From: Selaginella moellendorffii
Lineage: Eukaryota > Plantae > Lycopodiophyta
Assembly (NCBI RefSeq): GCF_000143415.4
Contig: NW_003314395.1
Coordinates: 306,658 to 370,657, forward strand
Length of the DNA stretch: 64,000 nucleotides
Reading direction: 5' to 3'
Numbering within the stretch: position 1 is the first letter of the stretch; each line of letters opens with the position of its first letter. Below the pieces are notes generated by a model. That model saw only the letters and a list, made by a program, of their open reading frames with translations, was not told the origin of the DNA and did not search any database. This document shows positions 48,963-61,169 of the stretch, in pieces. The position numbers and the translations under genes were made by a program.

Positions 48963-48964
48963 AA

Positions 48965-50111
48965 TGTAGCGCACGTGGTTTTGACCCTTTATCCTATGGT
49001 GATTTACCATAGGATAACACCACGAAGCGGAACCTAAACCCTCTTTGTGCCACGTGACAGATGCCACGTGTCACATGCCACGTGTCCATGCCACGTGTCC
49101 ATAAGAACCCGAGGTTCAGGGCCTTGGGCCACTGAACAAAGGAACGGTGCCAAACTCCCAAGCATGGAGCCAAGGAGTGTCGGAACCAAACCACGGAGCA
49201 ACTCCCGAGCATAAAGCCCAAGGAGCGAAGGGACAGGAGCCCGGAGCGACTTGGAACAGTCCTAGAGTAACCAGCATCCCAATGCTAGGACTAGCATGCA
49301 AAACGGAGCCAAACGGAGTCTGGCGCTATTTCGGCATACCGGTGGCCTAACGCGAGGACATGGGTACTCCACCAACTAGCATGGAATGGAGTTTGGGCTT
49401 AGACCCAAGCCGGACGCAGAACAAAGACAGGCACGCAAGTGGGAGCTAGACTATGCCTCAGGTTGGTCGGCCATGCCCGACCTACCCACTATCCCTACTA
49501 TACTTTTGGAACCCCCCACAGCCCCCCCCCCCTTGAGGAACACACGCTTTGGGCTTTCACCCCAAGCCTCCCTTAGTATCAGGAGTTAGTCTCTGGGACA
49601 AGCTCGAAACTTACTAAATATGGAATGTCCTTAGATTGCGAATTTGGACACGGGACGAACACCATTGTGTTCAGGACAATCTCTACATTCCGTAGATATG
49701 CCAAATGAGCAAAATCTGGACACTTTCCATAAATAGCATTTAGGACCGAAATGAGACTAACACAAAGGGCATGATAGCGAGGGTGTTTGGCAGACACGGT
49801 AAGCTATCATCTAGCGATATTGAGGGACCAATCTCAATATCGCGGGGGTTCTTGATACTAGCAAGTGCAAGCCAATGACAGGAGTTTCTCAAACCAGGCC
49901 GAGTATGCTCAGCAAGAAACACATAGGGTTCCTACCTTATGTTTATCCGATCTAAGTACACGGTCATTGACCAGTTTCTCAACTAGCTCAAGTGGGAAAC
50001 TGATAACAGGTCCAGCAATACCGACCTCCTACCATCGTGGCAGTAAGGTAAGAGTGTCCGTAAGGACTAGTCGACAAGTAACTTTCGATACCCGAAGTCA
50101 CATTCGCGACA
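48965..50111 (-). repeat. 5' LTR (1147 bp)
   Basis: Differs from the 3' LTR by about 6 transitions and 1 poly-C indel (counted by eye). Confidence 0.95.
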
Positions 50112-53004
50112 ATTCACCTTCTTGATGTCATTTTCAACTTTTAATTTGGCTCTTGTTTAAAATAATGTCATCAATAGTCTCTTCATCCTCATCATGAACC
50201 ATTCTCTTCATTAGGATCAGCATCCCCCCCTCTTCCCCAAAAAGAACAATTCCAATGAAATCAACAAGCCTTAAATTCCTAAACCATGAAATATTTTTAG
50301 AATAGTTTTATGGTTTTTATTTTAGATTTAGTAATTTAATTAAGGATTTCTAAGTGGTTTAACAAAGGTTCTTTATGCTTCATTTGTGAAGAAGTTTAAA
50401 AAAGTTGATCTTGTGAACTAGTTATTAAAGATGAAAGGGATTTTGTCTTTGAATGTGTATGTTCGTAAATTCTGCAATCATTACTTTAATTTCACAAATG
50501 CTTGCTAAAAATGCAATGCTTTATTAATGGTTTGAGTTTGGTGGATGTGTAGCAAAAAGTCAAAAAAGATTTTCTAGCAAAATTGATTGATGCCATCACT
50601 GAAGCAACTTAGTCAACTATGGTCAATAGAATGGTTAATTGGGTAGATAATATGATAACCAATTACCCAATGCTTCATATTTAGGTAAGAAATGATTATT
50701 ATTGTATCAAATCTCATAGAATGAAGATAACAATAACGTTAAAAACCTTTGTTCAGACCAACAAGGTGGAGGGCAAATGTTTTAATTTTTACAAAGCTAG
50801 ATATTATGGAAAAGGTTGTTTTTTTGTGAAGGATTAAGGGATGTTAATGTGGATAAAGTGAAATTTATTATGGATACAGCTCAAGAGTATTTTATAGTGG
50901 CTTTTTCATATTTTGTGATAAAGGTTCAAGAATTTTATGTTTTTTTTAAAGTTTAATGGTTTTATGCACAATAAACTTATGAAAACCAAAGAGGATATTT
51001 AGACAAACCAAGTTTCTTCACCACTCTAAACTTTAAAGATTGTGTGGCATGTGGATAAAAGAGTAACTTATGGAACGATAAAACCACTTGATTTTTTTGA
51101 AACCATATCTTATTTTTCAAAGAAGAGAAAATGATGATATTTCATCTTTAATAACTTTATTTTTGGACTCAAGTTGACTAAACATTAAACTTGTTGTTTT
51201 TGTTTGCTTATGGGATGGTAGTGGATATACTTAGAATATGCTTCAATATTCTAGGATATTCTACCATTGTTATCCATTAAGATTAATCTTGTATTGTTTG
51301 ATGGGACCAGAAGTCATGAACAGTAATGGTCATCTATTGCAAAGCAAATTCTTATTGGCACTGAAGTTTGTATTGGACAACGCCTTCACAAAATGTAAGT
51401 ATACCATTTCTTTGATCGAAGGAGGGAAGTACCATGTAAACTTTTGCAAAGGCATAAAACTGTTATGGTAATCTATAAACATGTTTATAATTTTAAACTT
51501 TCTTAAACACTTTCTAGTATATTCTTTTTATTCTAAATGGTTGATATTCAATAAGATTAATCTTCTGTTTATAAACTATAAATGTGCTTATAATTATAAA
51601 CTTTATTAGATCAATTGGATTAATAAGTAAGAATAAGCAAACCAAGCATTGCTATATGCAACACATAGCAAATTATTAATCTAATTTAAGAAGATTTTAT
51701 GAGAGAATACAATAATGACTATATGAACTTTGATCCAGTTATAATCATACATAGTAAAGATCCACTAGTGTCATACTAAAAAGTTATGAACCAACTCATT
51801 TGCCACTTATAGCAAGCCTAAAGGAATTTTATTTTTACCTATGACACTATAGTAATAACTCATCCAATAAATTAACATTAATCTTGTCAACTCATTAAAT
51901 TGCTAATGTAATTAATACATCTCAATAAGTATAAGCAAAACTTTATACAATATGGTAGATGACTTCCTAAAAAGTCCAAATTCAAAAATTTGTATTTGGG
52001 GTCATATGTTTAAATTGATATTTGGCTTGTCATAAGATTTAACCAAGAGAGGATACCCAATTTTAAGCAAGTACTATCGAGTGAGTTTGGGCAATATATT
52101 TTGTAACTCAGTAGTATTTAAACTCAAAAATGCATAGCCTTAAAAAGTTAAGTCCCATGACACTGCAAACATTCGAAAACTAGCTTGAGAAAAGAAAGCA
52201 AAACGCATAAATCTCCTTATATTAAAATGTTAATGAATCATTTTTCAAATTGTTCTTTTTAATTACTAACAACTAACTTCTTGTATTCTTTTTATATAAA
52301 TAAACAAATGAGATAACATTTCAATAGACTTTATTATTAGTTTGCACAAAATATTTTAAGGAAATAATGCTATCTAGATTGTTATGGATTAGTTAACAGC
52401 TTCTCAATGAAAATGAAGATGACAATTTAACCTTTTATACTTTATACTTTTATACTTGTTTGTACTGATTATGGTGAGCCTGGGAGTGATTAGGATCTGC
52501 AAATAGAAAGTTCACTGTAAACCTATTTCACAAATACCTTGGCAAAAATTACACAACATGCTTGGCAGCAGTCATGCCATTCCCATCACAATCTCTTTGC
52601 GTGAAGGCTGAATGCGTTCAGCCCTGAAATTGAACGTTCCATGCTTGATCTGGGAGTGGGACGTATGTGAGATTTTGGGATGAAATCATTGCAATGATCT
52701 GATATTCTCTCACAGTAGAATTAGTGCTCGATATGGATAATCACCCACCAGAACTGGCAACATTTTCCAAAGAACATGAGATAATCTTCATATATAGCAT
52801 ACCTTCATCTTAGTTGTTCTTATCCATTGTTCATGAATGGTCCTAGTACCAAAATCCATGCGTTTCCACTGCCTACAACTCTTTGTAGTTTGCAAATGGC
52901 GTGAACACACAGTTCAATTATGATTCATGGGTATTTAACCACATAGGAAATGGATCTTCTAACCATCTCAGGCTAAACGACACTTGAGGGTTTTAGAGCA
53001 CGAT

Positions 53005-53627
53005 ATCGGAGCGCTGCTGCTCGCCTTGCTTGCTAATGACGCTTCAGGTCAGTTTGTTAGTGAGTTTAACTCTCTTGCTTGTTCTGGGTTTACTGTCAAG
53101 ACCTTGTTTGATCTCGACAAGCACTCGGTAAATGCCTTTGGCTTGTATATGGACCTGCGGAACAAGTTTGTGTTGGCGCTCGATTCTAGTGGCAATCGTA
53201 TATGGAAGCTGAGACTGCCACTCTCGCACGCTACTGACGATCCTCATACCCTTGGGGAGCGTCTGGAAGAGGCGCCACTCGCTGCACGGGGAATTCTCGA
53301 CTGGAGTAAGCACTAGAGGCTTTTCTTATGCTTTGTTTTGTGGCGCCAAAGCTTAAGATTTTTTTTTCCTCTAGATAGCAGCTTGGAAGCTCTTGCCGGT
53401 TCACTTGTGGGGCAGTCCGGCTATGTCGACGGCCCCGCGGCAAAGTCACTTTTTAATCGCCCACAAAGCCTTGCTATTTGTGACAATGGCACGGTCCTTG
53501 GGTGGATACGAGGAACTTGGCTATACGCAAAATCAGCAAGGATGGCGAAGGTATTTTCGTTTTCTCTTTTAAAATTCTCTAGAACATTTTTTCTGTTTCC
53601 AACAGTGACCACCATTGCCGGAGGTAG
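53005..53627 (+). pseudogene. Truncated NHL gene copy ending at a rearrangement junction
   Basis: Homology stops after VTTIAGG (GGAGGTAG). Confidence 0.85.
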
Positions 53628-54109
53628 ATTACATTTTATCTTTCAAAAAAGAGAAAATGAAGGAATTTAGGGCTTGTTGATTTCATTGGAATTGTTCTTT
53701 TTAGGGGGGGGATGCTGATCCTAATGAAGAGTATGGGTCATGATGAGGATGAAGAGACTATTGATGACATTATTTTAAACAAGAGCCAAATTAAAAGTTC
53801 AAAATGACATTAAGGAGGTGAATAGACTCAATGTATAGCTTGACTTTGGATGTAGAATTTCTAAGAACACACATATAAAAAAAAACCAATCTATCTACAA
53901 TCATCTATATTCCAAAACTAGAGCTAGAGAAAAAAGCCAGTTTGCCTCCTTGTTCTTATCTATACTAAATCTCTCACACTTCAATATAGCAGTGCCCCTC
54001 AAATCAATGTCCCCCATCTAAAGGAAACTACCAATCATCTCATATCCAGGCTGCCCCAAAAATCCTTCATGTGGAGCTTGTGGACTCTTCCCTCTTTGCA
54101 CAAAAGCAC

Positions 54110-56000
54110 CAGCTAAGCCTGAGTGTTTGGTTGCCAGCTTGCTTGTAGAGCTTGAGAGCAAAGGTGGACATTTTGAGACATATTCTCAATATATCCCACG
54201 AAACAATGTTTTTCTGCAATTCCAGCATCTCATTACATCCAATAGAAGAGCTCAAAGTGCATGTCCCATGATGATTATATTCCATACAACCAACGTTGTG
54301 GTTCTTCATCCTCCCAAATACTTCTAATGCTTCCACATGTCCATGAGGCTGCTCATGACAAATACATCAGCTTCATATCCACAATTTGCACCCATCCTGC
54401 ATGAATCTTCCATGCTCCCACACCTTGCATACAGATCCACTAGACTCCTTGCCACGAACATGTCAAGATCATAGCCCGCCTTGCAAGCTGCCGAATGAAG
54501 AGCCATTCCTTTCTCGGCTTTGTCATTTTCTTTAGCTGCTCCCAAGTACTGCGAAAACTTGCTGAGCATGCCACACTTGGGAGTAGAGTCCAAGAGGTTT
54601 AGAATGTGGAATCTTTTGTCTACGTATAAAACTTCTTAAAGTTAATACATTGTTGCAGTCCAGAACTAAGCTTACCTCTTTTGCTCATAAAAAATCCAGT
54701 TTCCATCCTGGAATCAGCTGGCATGCTTCTCAAGTTGACAGCCTTGCTACTACATGCTGGAAAAAGAGATCAAGTGCCAAGCTACCTTTAGATCTATGAG
54801 TGGAGATGAAATATTGCAGGTCTACATGCAAATTCTTGCCAATACAAATTGTTGCTCCTGAACTCACAATGATAGTCAGCCTCTTGCTGTACCCACACAA
54901 TGACTCCTCTTTTTCTTTGTCAGGAATGTTCCATGCAATGGCCCCTACGTCTGAAACCTACCCCTGATCCTTGAGAGCAGCCTTGAGAAGCCATCTTGTC
55001 CCTATGTGCGTGAGTTTTATCCCATAAGTACAAACTTATGAATGATTCCACGTTTGTCAGTGTCCAAGCTTCTTCTGAACTTTGCCTACAGTTCCATATG
55101 CACGTAGGCTGCAGCTTGCTTCTTGTCTGGCTATAACATTCTTCCACTTCCCAAGTGATCATGGTCGGCTTGAAACAGAGCGAAATGCCAAACCAACACT
55201 CCTTTTTTTCTTATAATTTTTATAACCATTTTGGTATCCACTACATACTATTTAAATTATAGCCTTTCCATTCTCCAATTATATTTAAGTTATAGCCTCT
55301 CCATTATTTTTTCTCTTTCTCACTCTAAAAAAATAATTAGCTAATAAAAGATACCTGAAATCAACTCTTTTTTCAATAAATAAAAGTCGAAATAAATCTT
55401 AAAGCATAAAATATAATCCACAAAGGCATCGTTTTCGCCATCTCAACAGCCTCACCACCATACAGTGAAAGTGCTCCAGATCTGGAGTTACCTACGATCA
55501 GCTCATTGCCTGGGTTGCTGTGTCGATCAAGCCAGCATCGCTACACTCAGTGAGGATGAATTGAAAGCAATCCCATCCGGTTTTAAGACTTCCAGAACAA
55601 AGCCGCAAGTGACCATAACTCAGCAGTTCTTCACAGTACTACATGCTCAGCACCAGTGATACTCTCGCTTTGAGTTGGCCACGGACGCAATGACTTCGTC
55701 TCTATATCTGGAGATAGTCAAGTGAATTACCTTCCCAATTGCCACAGCTGCCCAAACCTTCAGTTCTGCTACGAAAGTTTATCAGCATCCGTTGAAACAG
55801 CTCGTCCGGTTCGTTGTGCTGAGCATAGCCGGCAATCAAGATAGTCCACGATGTTGCTTCCGGGGTATTCGTTTAAAAACTTGACGAGGCTTCGACACCT
55901 TGCATAGAGATTGTCGCGACGAATATAACCTTTGCAGATCGACGAAGCTCTCTGTGTCTTCTTCACTCCAAACACTGGAACAGGTCTTCCAATGCAGTAT
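54110..56000 (-). pseudogene. PPR/DYW remnants, inverted copy
   Basis: Reverse complement of 39850-42540 with an internal deletion. Confidence 0.75.
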
Positions 56001-56157
56001 CAACCGTTTGAGCGTCCAGATCACAGCCTCGGTACTTCATGAGAGCAAGGCATCGTCCGTTGGCGCCGTTTAGAGCGAAGCCAGAGTGCATTCTAGACCA
56101 CACTAATCCCGCCGCTTAAACCTCTCGAGCACTCGCTATGCTGGTAGCACCGTACTT

Positions 56158-57003
56158 TCACAAGCTCATAGTCAGAGAATCGTCTTCCTCCTGTGCGTTT
56201 AGCACTTTAATCCTCCACTCGGGCTCTTTCTTCTCAGTCAGAGAATCGTCCACCACAACTGCCAGAGGATTCGTCACTTCGATCCGCCACAGAGGGTCCT
56301 GAAAGATCGCATTCCTGCGCTGTTTCCTTCGAGATAACATCCATCGCACTAGCAAAACGCACGCAAGCAGCACCAAGATCGCAACCAAAACCCAGAGAAG
56401 AAGCTGGAGCAGCGACCAGGGCGTCCTCCGAGCCACTGTAACCACTGCCGCGGGTGTTGGTGTGGCCATCGCTGCGTTGTGACCGTCGCGACGGTGGTGG
56501 TGGTGGTGGTGGTGGTGGCGGCCTCCATGATGGTGACCATGGTGATGGTGGTGGCCTCCGTGATGGTGACCATGGTGATGGTGGTGAACAACCAGAGGAG
56601 CTCCATCACCGTGATGATGATGGTACACCGCTGCTGCTGGAGCTGGATCGTGGTGGCGAGCATGATCAAGGAGAGCAGGCGCTGGAGCTCGATCACCAGG
56701 GTGGTGGCCACGAGCATGAACGAAAGCAGCTGGCGCTGGAGCTGGAGCTGGAACTGGGGCGCCACCTTGAAGAACTGGAGCTAAAGCTGGCGCTGGCTCG
56801 TGGCCTCCATGAGATGCTCGAGGACGGTGGTGTCCATGTGCTGCTCGATGCGTTGGAGCTGGAGGGTGTGAAGCTCGGTGATGGCCGCCATGCCAGGGCG
56901 CTTGAGCTCGGCGGCCAAGCGTTGGAGGCCCATGATCGCGAGAGACCATAGCTTCTTGATGGAGAGAAGCATCCATACCTGACGAAACCTCGCGTTCCGA
57001 CAT
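56158..57003 (-). CDS. His-rich membrane protein, inverted copy (281 aa)
   Basis: Intact ORF, copy-2 type with one extra His. Confidence 0.7.
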   Translation of the reverse strand: MSEREVSSGMDASLHQEAMVSRDHGPPTLGRRAQAPWHGGHHRASHPPAPTHRAAHGHHRPRASHGGHEPAPALAPVLQGGAPVPAPAPAPAAFVHARGHHPGDRAPAPALLDHARHHDPAPAAAVYHHHHGDGAPLVVHHHHHGHHHGGHHHHHGHHHGGRHHHHHHHHRRDGHNAAMATPTPAAVVTVARRTPWSLLQLLLWVLVAILVLLACVLLVRWMLSRRKQRRNAIFQDPLWRIEVTNPLAVVVDDSLTEKKEPEWRIKVLNAQEEDDSLTMSL

Positions 57004-57124
57004 CTCGAATAGAAAAATCCAAGCGAGAAAATATAACCTAACCCTTGACTTGGAAAAAAATAGTAATACTTTTGCCTTTGTGAAAAAAGAGAATGGTTTT
57101 TACGCTGTGGATTGCGCGGCGCCC

Positions 57125-57255
57125 AAAGTCATCGTCGTCATGGAAGCGTCCCGGTACTGCTGGTACTCGGTCACCAGATCGTTGAGATTGCTCTCCGCCT
57201 CAGAGAACTCGAGCTCGTCCATCTCCTCGGCCCGCCGGAACATGAGCGTCAACTT
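57125..57255 (-). pseudogene. TUB: Beta-tubulin C-terminal fragment, inverted
   Basis: [33 protein letters not shown] in ORF 57100-57297. Confidence 0.9.
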
Positions 57256-57299
57256 ATCTGTAAAACAATTGGAAAAACAAATTTTGTGTGAGCACATTC

Positions 57300-57468
57300 T
57301 TAGCTGTGCTTGAGCTTGTCCTTGAATTCCTGCTGGAACTTCTCCAAATACTCAAGCTCCATAGTCAAATTCCTCGAATCCGGAAAAGGAAGAGGATGAG
57401 AAGGAGCAACAGAAGCGTCCAAGTTGGGAGAGTTTTCCATGAAATCAATGAGCTCTGGAAGCTCATCT
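57300..57468 (-). pseudogene. 3' fragment of the NHL gene
   Basis: DELPELIDFME...EFKDKLKHS. Confidence 0.8.
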
Positions 57469-57623
57469 AAAATAATGTCATCAATAGTCTCTTCATCTTC
57501 ATCATGACCCATACTCTTCATTAGGATCAGCATCCCCCCCTCTCCCGCAAAAAGAACAATTCCAATGAAATCAACAAGCCCTAAATTCCTTCATTTTCTC
57601 TTTTTTGAAAGATAAAATGTAAT

Positions 57624-58215
57624 CTACCTCCGGCAATGGTGGTCACTGTTGGAAACAGAAAAAATGTTCTAAAGAATTTTAAAAGAGAAAACGAAAATAC
57701 CTTCGCCATCCTTGCTGATTTTGCGTATAGCCAAGTTCCTCGTATCCACCCAAGGACCGCGCCATTGTCACAAATAGCAAGGCTTTGTGGGCGATTAAAA
57801 AGTGACTTTGCCGCAGGGCCGTCGACATAGCCGGACTCCCCCACGAGTGAACCGGCAAGAGCTTCCAAGCTGCTATCTAGAGGAAAAAAAATCTTAAGCT
57901 TTGGCGCCACAAAACAAAGCATAAGAAAAGCCTCTTGTGCTTACTCCAGTCGAGAATTCCCCGTGCGGCGAGTGGCGCCTCTTCCAGACGCTCCCCAAGG
58001 GTATGAGGATCGTCAGTAGCGTGCGAGAGTGGCAGTCTCAGCTTCCATATACGATTGCCACTAGAATCGAGCGCCAACACAAACTTGTTCCGCAGGTCCA
58101 TATACAAGCCAAAGGCATTTACCAAGTGCTTGTCGAGATCAAACAAGGTCTTGACAGTAAACCCAGAACAAGCAAGAGAGTTAAACTCACTAACAAACTG
58201 AGCTGAAGCGTCATT
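57624..58215 (-). pseudogene. Truncated NHL copy, mirror image of 53005-53627
   Basis: Same truncation junction in reverse complement. Confidence 0.85.
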
Positions 58216-61169
58216 ATCGTGCTCTAAAACCCTCAAGTGTCGTTTAGCCTGAGATGGTTAGAAGATCCATTTCCTATGCGGTTAAATACCCATGAATCAC
58301 AATTGAACTGTGTGTTCACGCCATTCGCAAGCTACAAAGAGTTATCATCAAGCAAGGCAGTGGAAAACATGGATTTTGGTACTAGGACCATTCATGAACA
58401 ATGGATAAGAACAACTAAGATCCATCGAGAAAGGTATGCTATATAAGCTTTAGGATTATCTCTTGTTCTTTGGAAAATGTTGCCAGTTTGATTATCCATA
58501 TCGAGCACTAATTCTACTGTGAGAGAATGTCAGATCATTGCAATGATTTCATCCCAAAATATCACATACGTCCCACTCCCAGATCAAGCATGGAACGTTC
58601 AATTTCAGGGCGGAACACATTCAGCCTTCATGCTAAGAGATTGTGATGGGAATGGCACGACTGCTGCCAAGCATGTCGTGTAACACATTTGTGGCAAGCC
58701 CTATAATGTTTGTTATGGATTAGTTAATGAAGAGCTTCTCAACGAAGATGACAATTTAAACTTTTGATTAGGATCTGCAAATAGAAAGTTCACTGTAAAC
58801 CTATTTCACAAAGACCTTGGCAAATATATATCTAGATAGCATTATTTCCTTAAAATATTTTGTGCAAACTAGTGATAAAGTCTATTGAAATGTTATCCCA
58901 TTTGTTTATTTATATATAAATGATAAAAAAATTTAGTTGTAAGTAATTAAAAAGAACAATATCTAAAATTTAAGGTTTCAATATATAGAGATTTAGAATA
59001 TTAAGATATTTAGGGCTAAGCATTTTTTAGTTTAAATACTACAAAGTTCACTCAATATTACTTGTTTCAAATTTGGTATCCTCTCTTGGTTAAGTCTCAT
59101 GATATGCCAAATATCACTTTAAGCATATAATCCCCAAATGTAAACTTTTGAATTTGGATTTCTCAGGAAGTTAATTTACCGTATTGTATAAAGTTTTGCT
59201 TGTACTTATTAAAATGTACTAGACACATTAGCAATTTCATAAGTTGACAAAATTAATGTTAACTTATTGGATGAGTTATTACTATAGTATCATAAGTGAA
59301 AATAAATTTCCTATAAGCTTGCTATGGGTGGCAAATAAATTGGTTTATAATTGTTTAGTACGACACTAGTGGATCCTTACTATGTATGATTATAAGTGGA
59401 TTGAGGTTCAAATGGTCATTATTGTATTCTTTCATAAAAAAAATTTAAATTAGATTAAAAACAGAAAATATAATGTTTAGTCAAGTTGAGTCCAAAAATA
59501 AAGTTATTAGGGATGAAATATCATCATTTTCTCTTCTTTAAAAGATAAGATGTGGTTTTAGAGAAACCAAGTGGTTTTATTGTTCCATAAATTACGTTTT
59601 AATCTAGATGCCACACAATCTTTTAAAGTTCAGGGTGGTAAAGGAACTTGGTTTGTCTAAATATCCTCTTTGGTTTTCAGAAGTTTATTGTGCATAAAAC
59701 CATTAAGTTTTATAAAAGCTTGAGGTTCTTGAACTTTTATCACAAAATATAAAAATAAATACTCTTGAGATGTATCTATAATGAATTCCACTATATTCAC
59801 CTTAACATCCCCTAACCCTTCACAAGAGAACAACTTTTTCTATAACATTCAGCTTTGTAAAAATTAAAACATTAACCCTCCACTTTATTGGTCCAAACAA
59901 AAGTTTTTAACTTTATTGTCATCTTCTGATACAATAATTGTTATTTCTTCCCTAAATGTAAAGCATTGGGTAATTGGTTATCATGTTGTTTACCTCATTA
60001 ACCATCCTATTGACCATAGTTGACTGAGTTGGTTTAGTGATGGCATTAATCAATTTTGCTATAAAATCTTTTTTGACTTTTTGTTACACATCCACCAAAC
60101 TCAAACCATTGATAAAACATTGCATCTTTAGCAAACATTTGTAAAATTAAAGTAATGATCACAAAACTTACGAAAATCCTTTGCATGATTTTTAATAACT
60201 AGTTCACAAAATCAACTTTTTCAAACTTCTTCACAAATGAAGCATAAAGAACCTTTGTTAAACCACTTAGAAATCCTTAATGAAATTACCAAATCTAAAA
60301 TAAAAACCATAAAAATATTCTAAAAATATTCTAAAACTATTTCATGGTTTAGGGATTTAGGGCTTATTGATTTCATTGGAATTGGGACAAGGGGATGCTA
60401 ATCCTAATGAAGCCATGATGAAGATGAAGAGACTGTTGATGATGTCATTATAAAACAAAAGCCAAATTAAAAGTTCAAAATGATATCAAGGAGGTGAATA
60501 AACTCAATGTATAACTTGACTTGGATGTAGAACTTGTAAAAACAAACATAACAAAAGAAACTAATCTATCTACAATCATCCATATTCCAAAACTAGAGCT
60601 AGGGCAAAAAGTCAGTTTGCCTTATCTGTACTAAATTTCTCGCACTTCAATATAGTTGTGCCCCTCAAATGACATTGTCCCCCATCTAAAGGAAACTACC
60701 AATCATCTCGTGTCTAGGCTGCCTCAAAAATCCTTCATGTGGAGCTTACCCTCTTTGTGCAAAAGTGCCAAGAAATTGGAAGCACCATTGAATCTGATTC
60801 TAGAGAGTCTTTTGCCATGGGCATGAATCAATTGCTCCAGGAGAAGAAGACAAAAGAACTCTCAAAGCAAAACTTGAGCGCCAAACACCACCTCTTTCCA
60901 GTGGCTTTCTTGTACACTTCCAATACCAATTGTATCAACAAAGTGGGCAGAATTGAATTCAAGGTAATCTTGAGGCATTGGCAGCACACTCCATTAGATT
61001 AAAGCCAAGCCATCATGGCTTAAGGAGAGGTAATAGTGGGAACAATGATATCACTATTATATCCCTTTGCATTTATTTCTTTTGGATGAGGATCAATTTT
61101 ATGCAGAAGTGTGTCATTGTGACAGTGATGCACTTAAACTTCTCAATCAATAGCCATGTCTCCACACTT

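Larger units (their letters stand above)
42827..50111 (-). mobile_element. Structurally complete non-autonomous Ty1/copia-type LTR retrotransposon (7285 bp)
   Basis: TG..CA LTRs 42827-43974 and 48965-50111; TSD ATTCA (42822-42826, 50112-50116); empty sites in sister units (~28170, ~53820, ~60495); PBS and PPT present; interior has only decayed gag/IN/RT traces (e.g. ISEDVVF). Confidence 0.95.
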
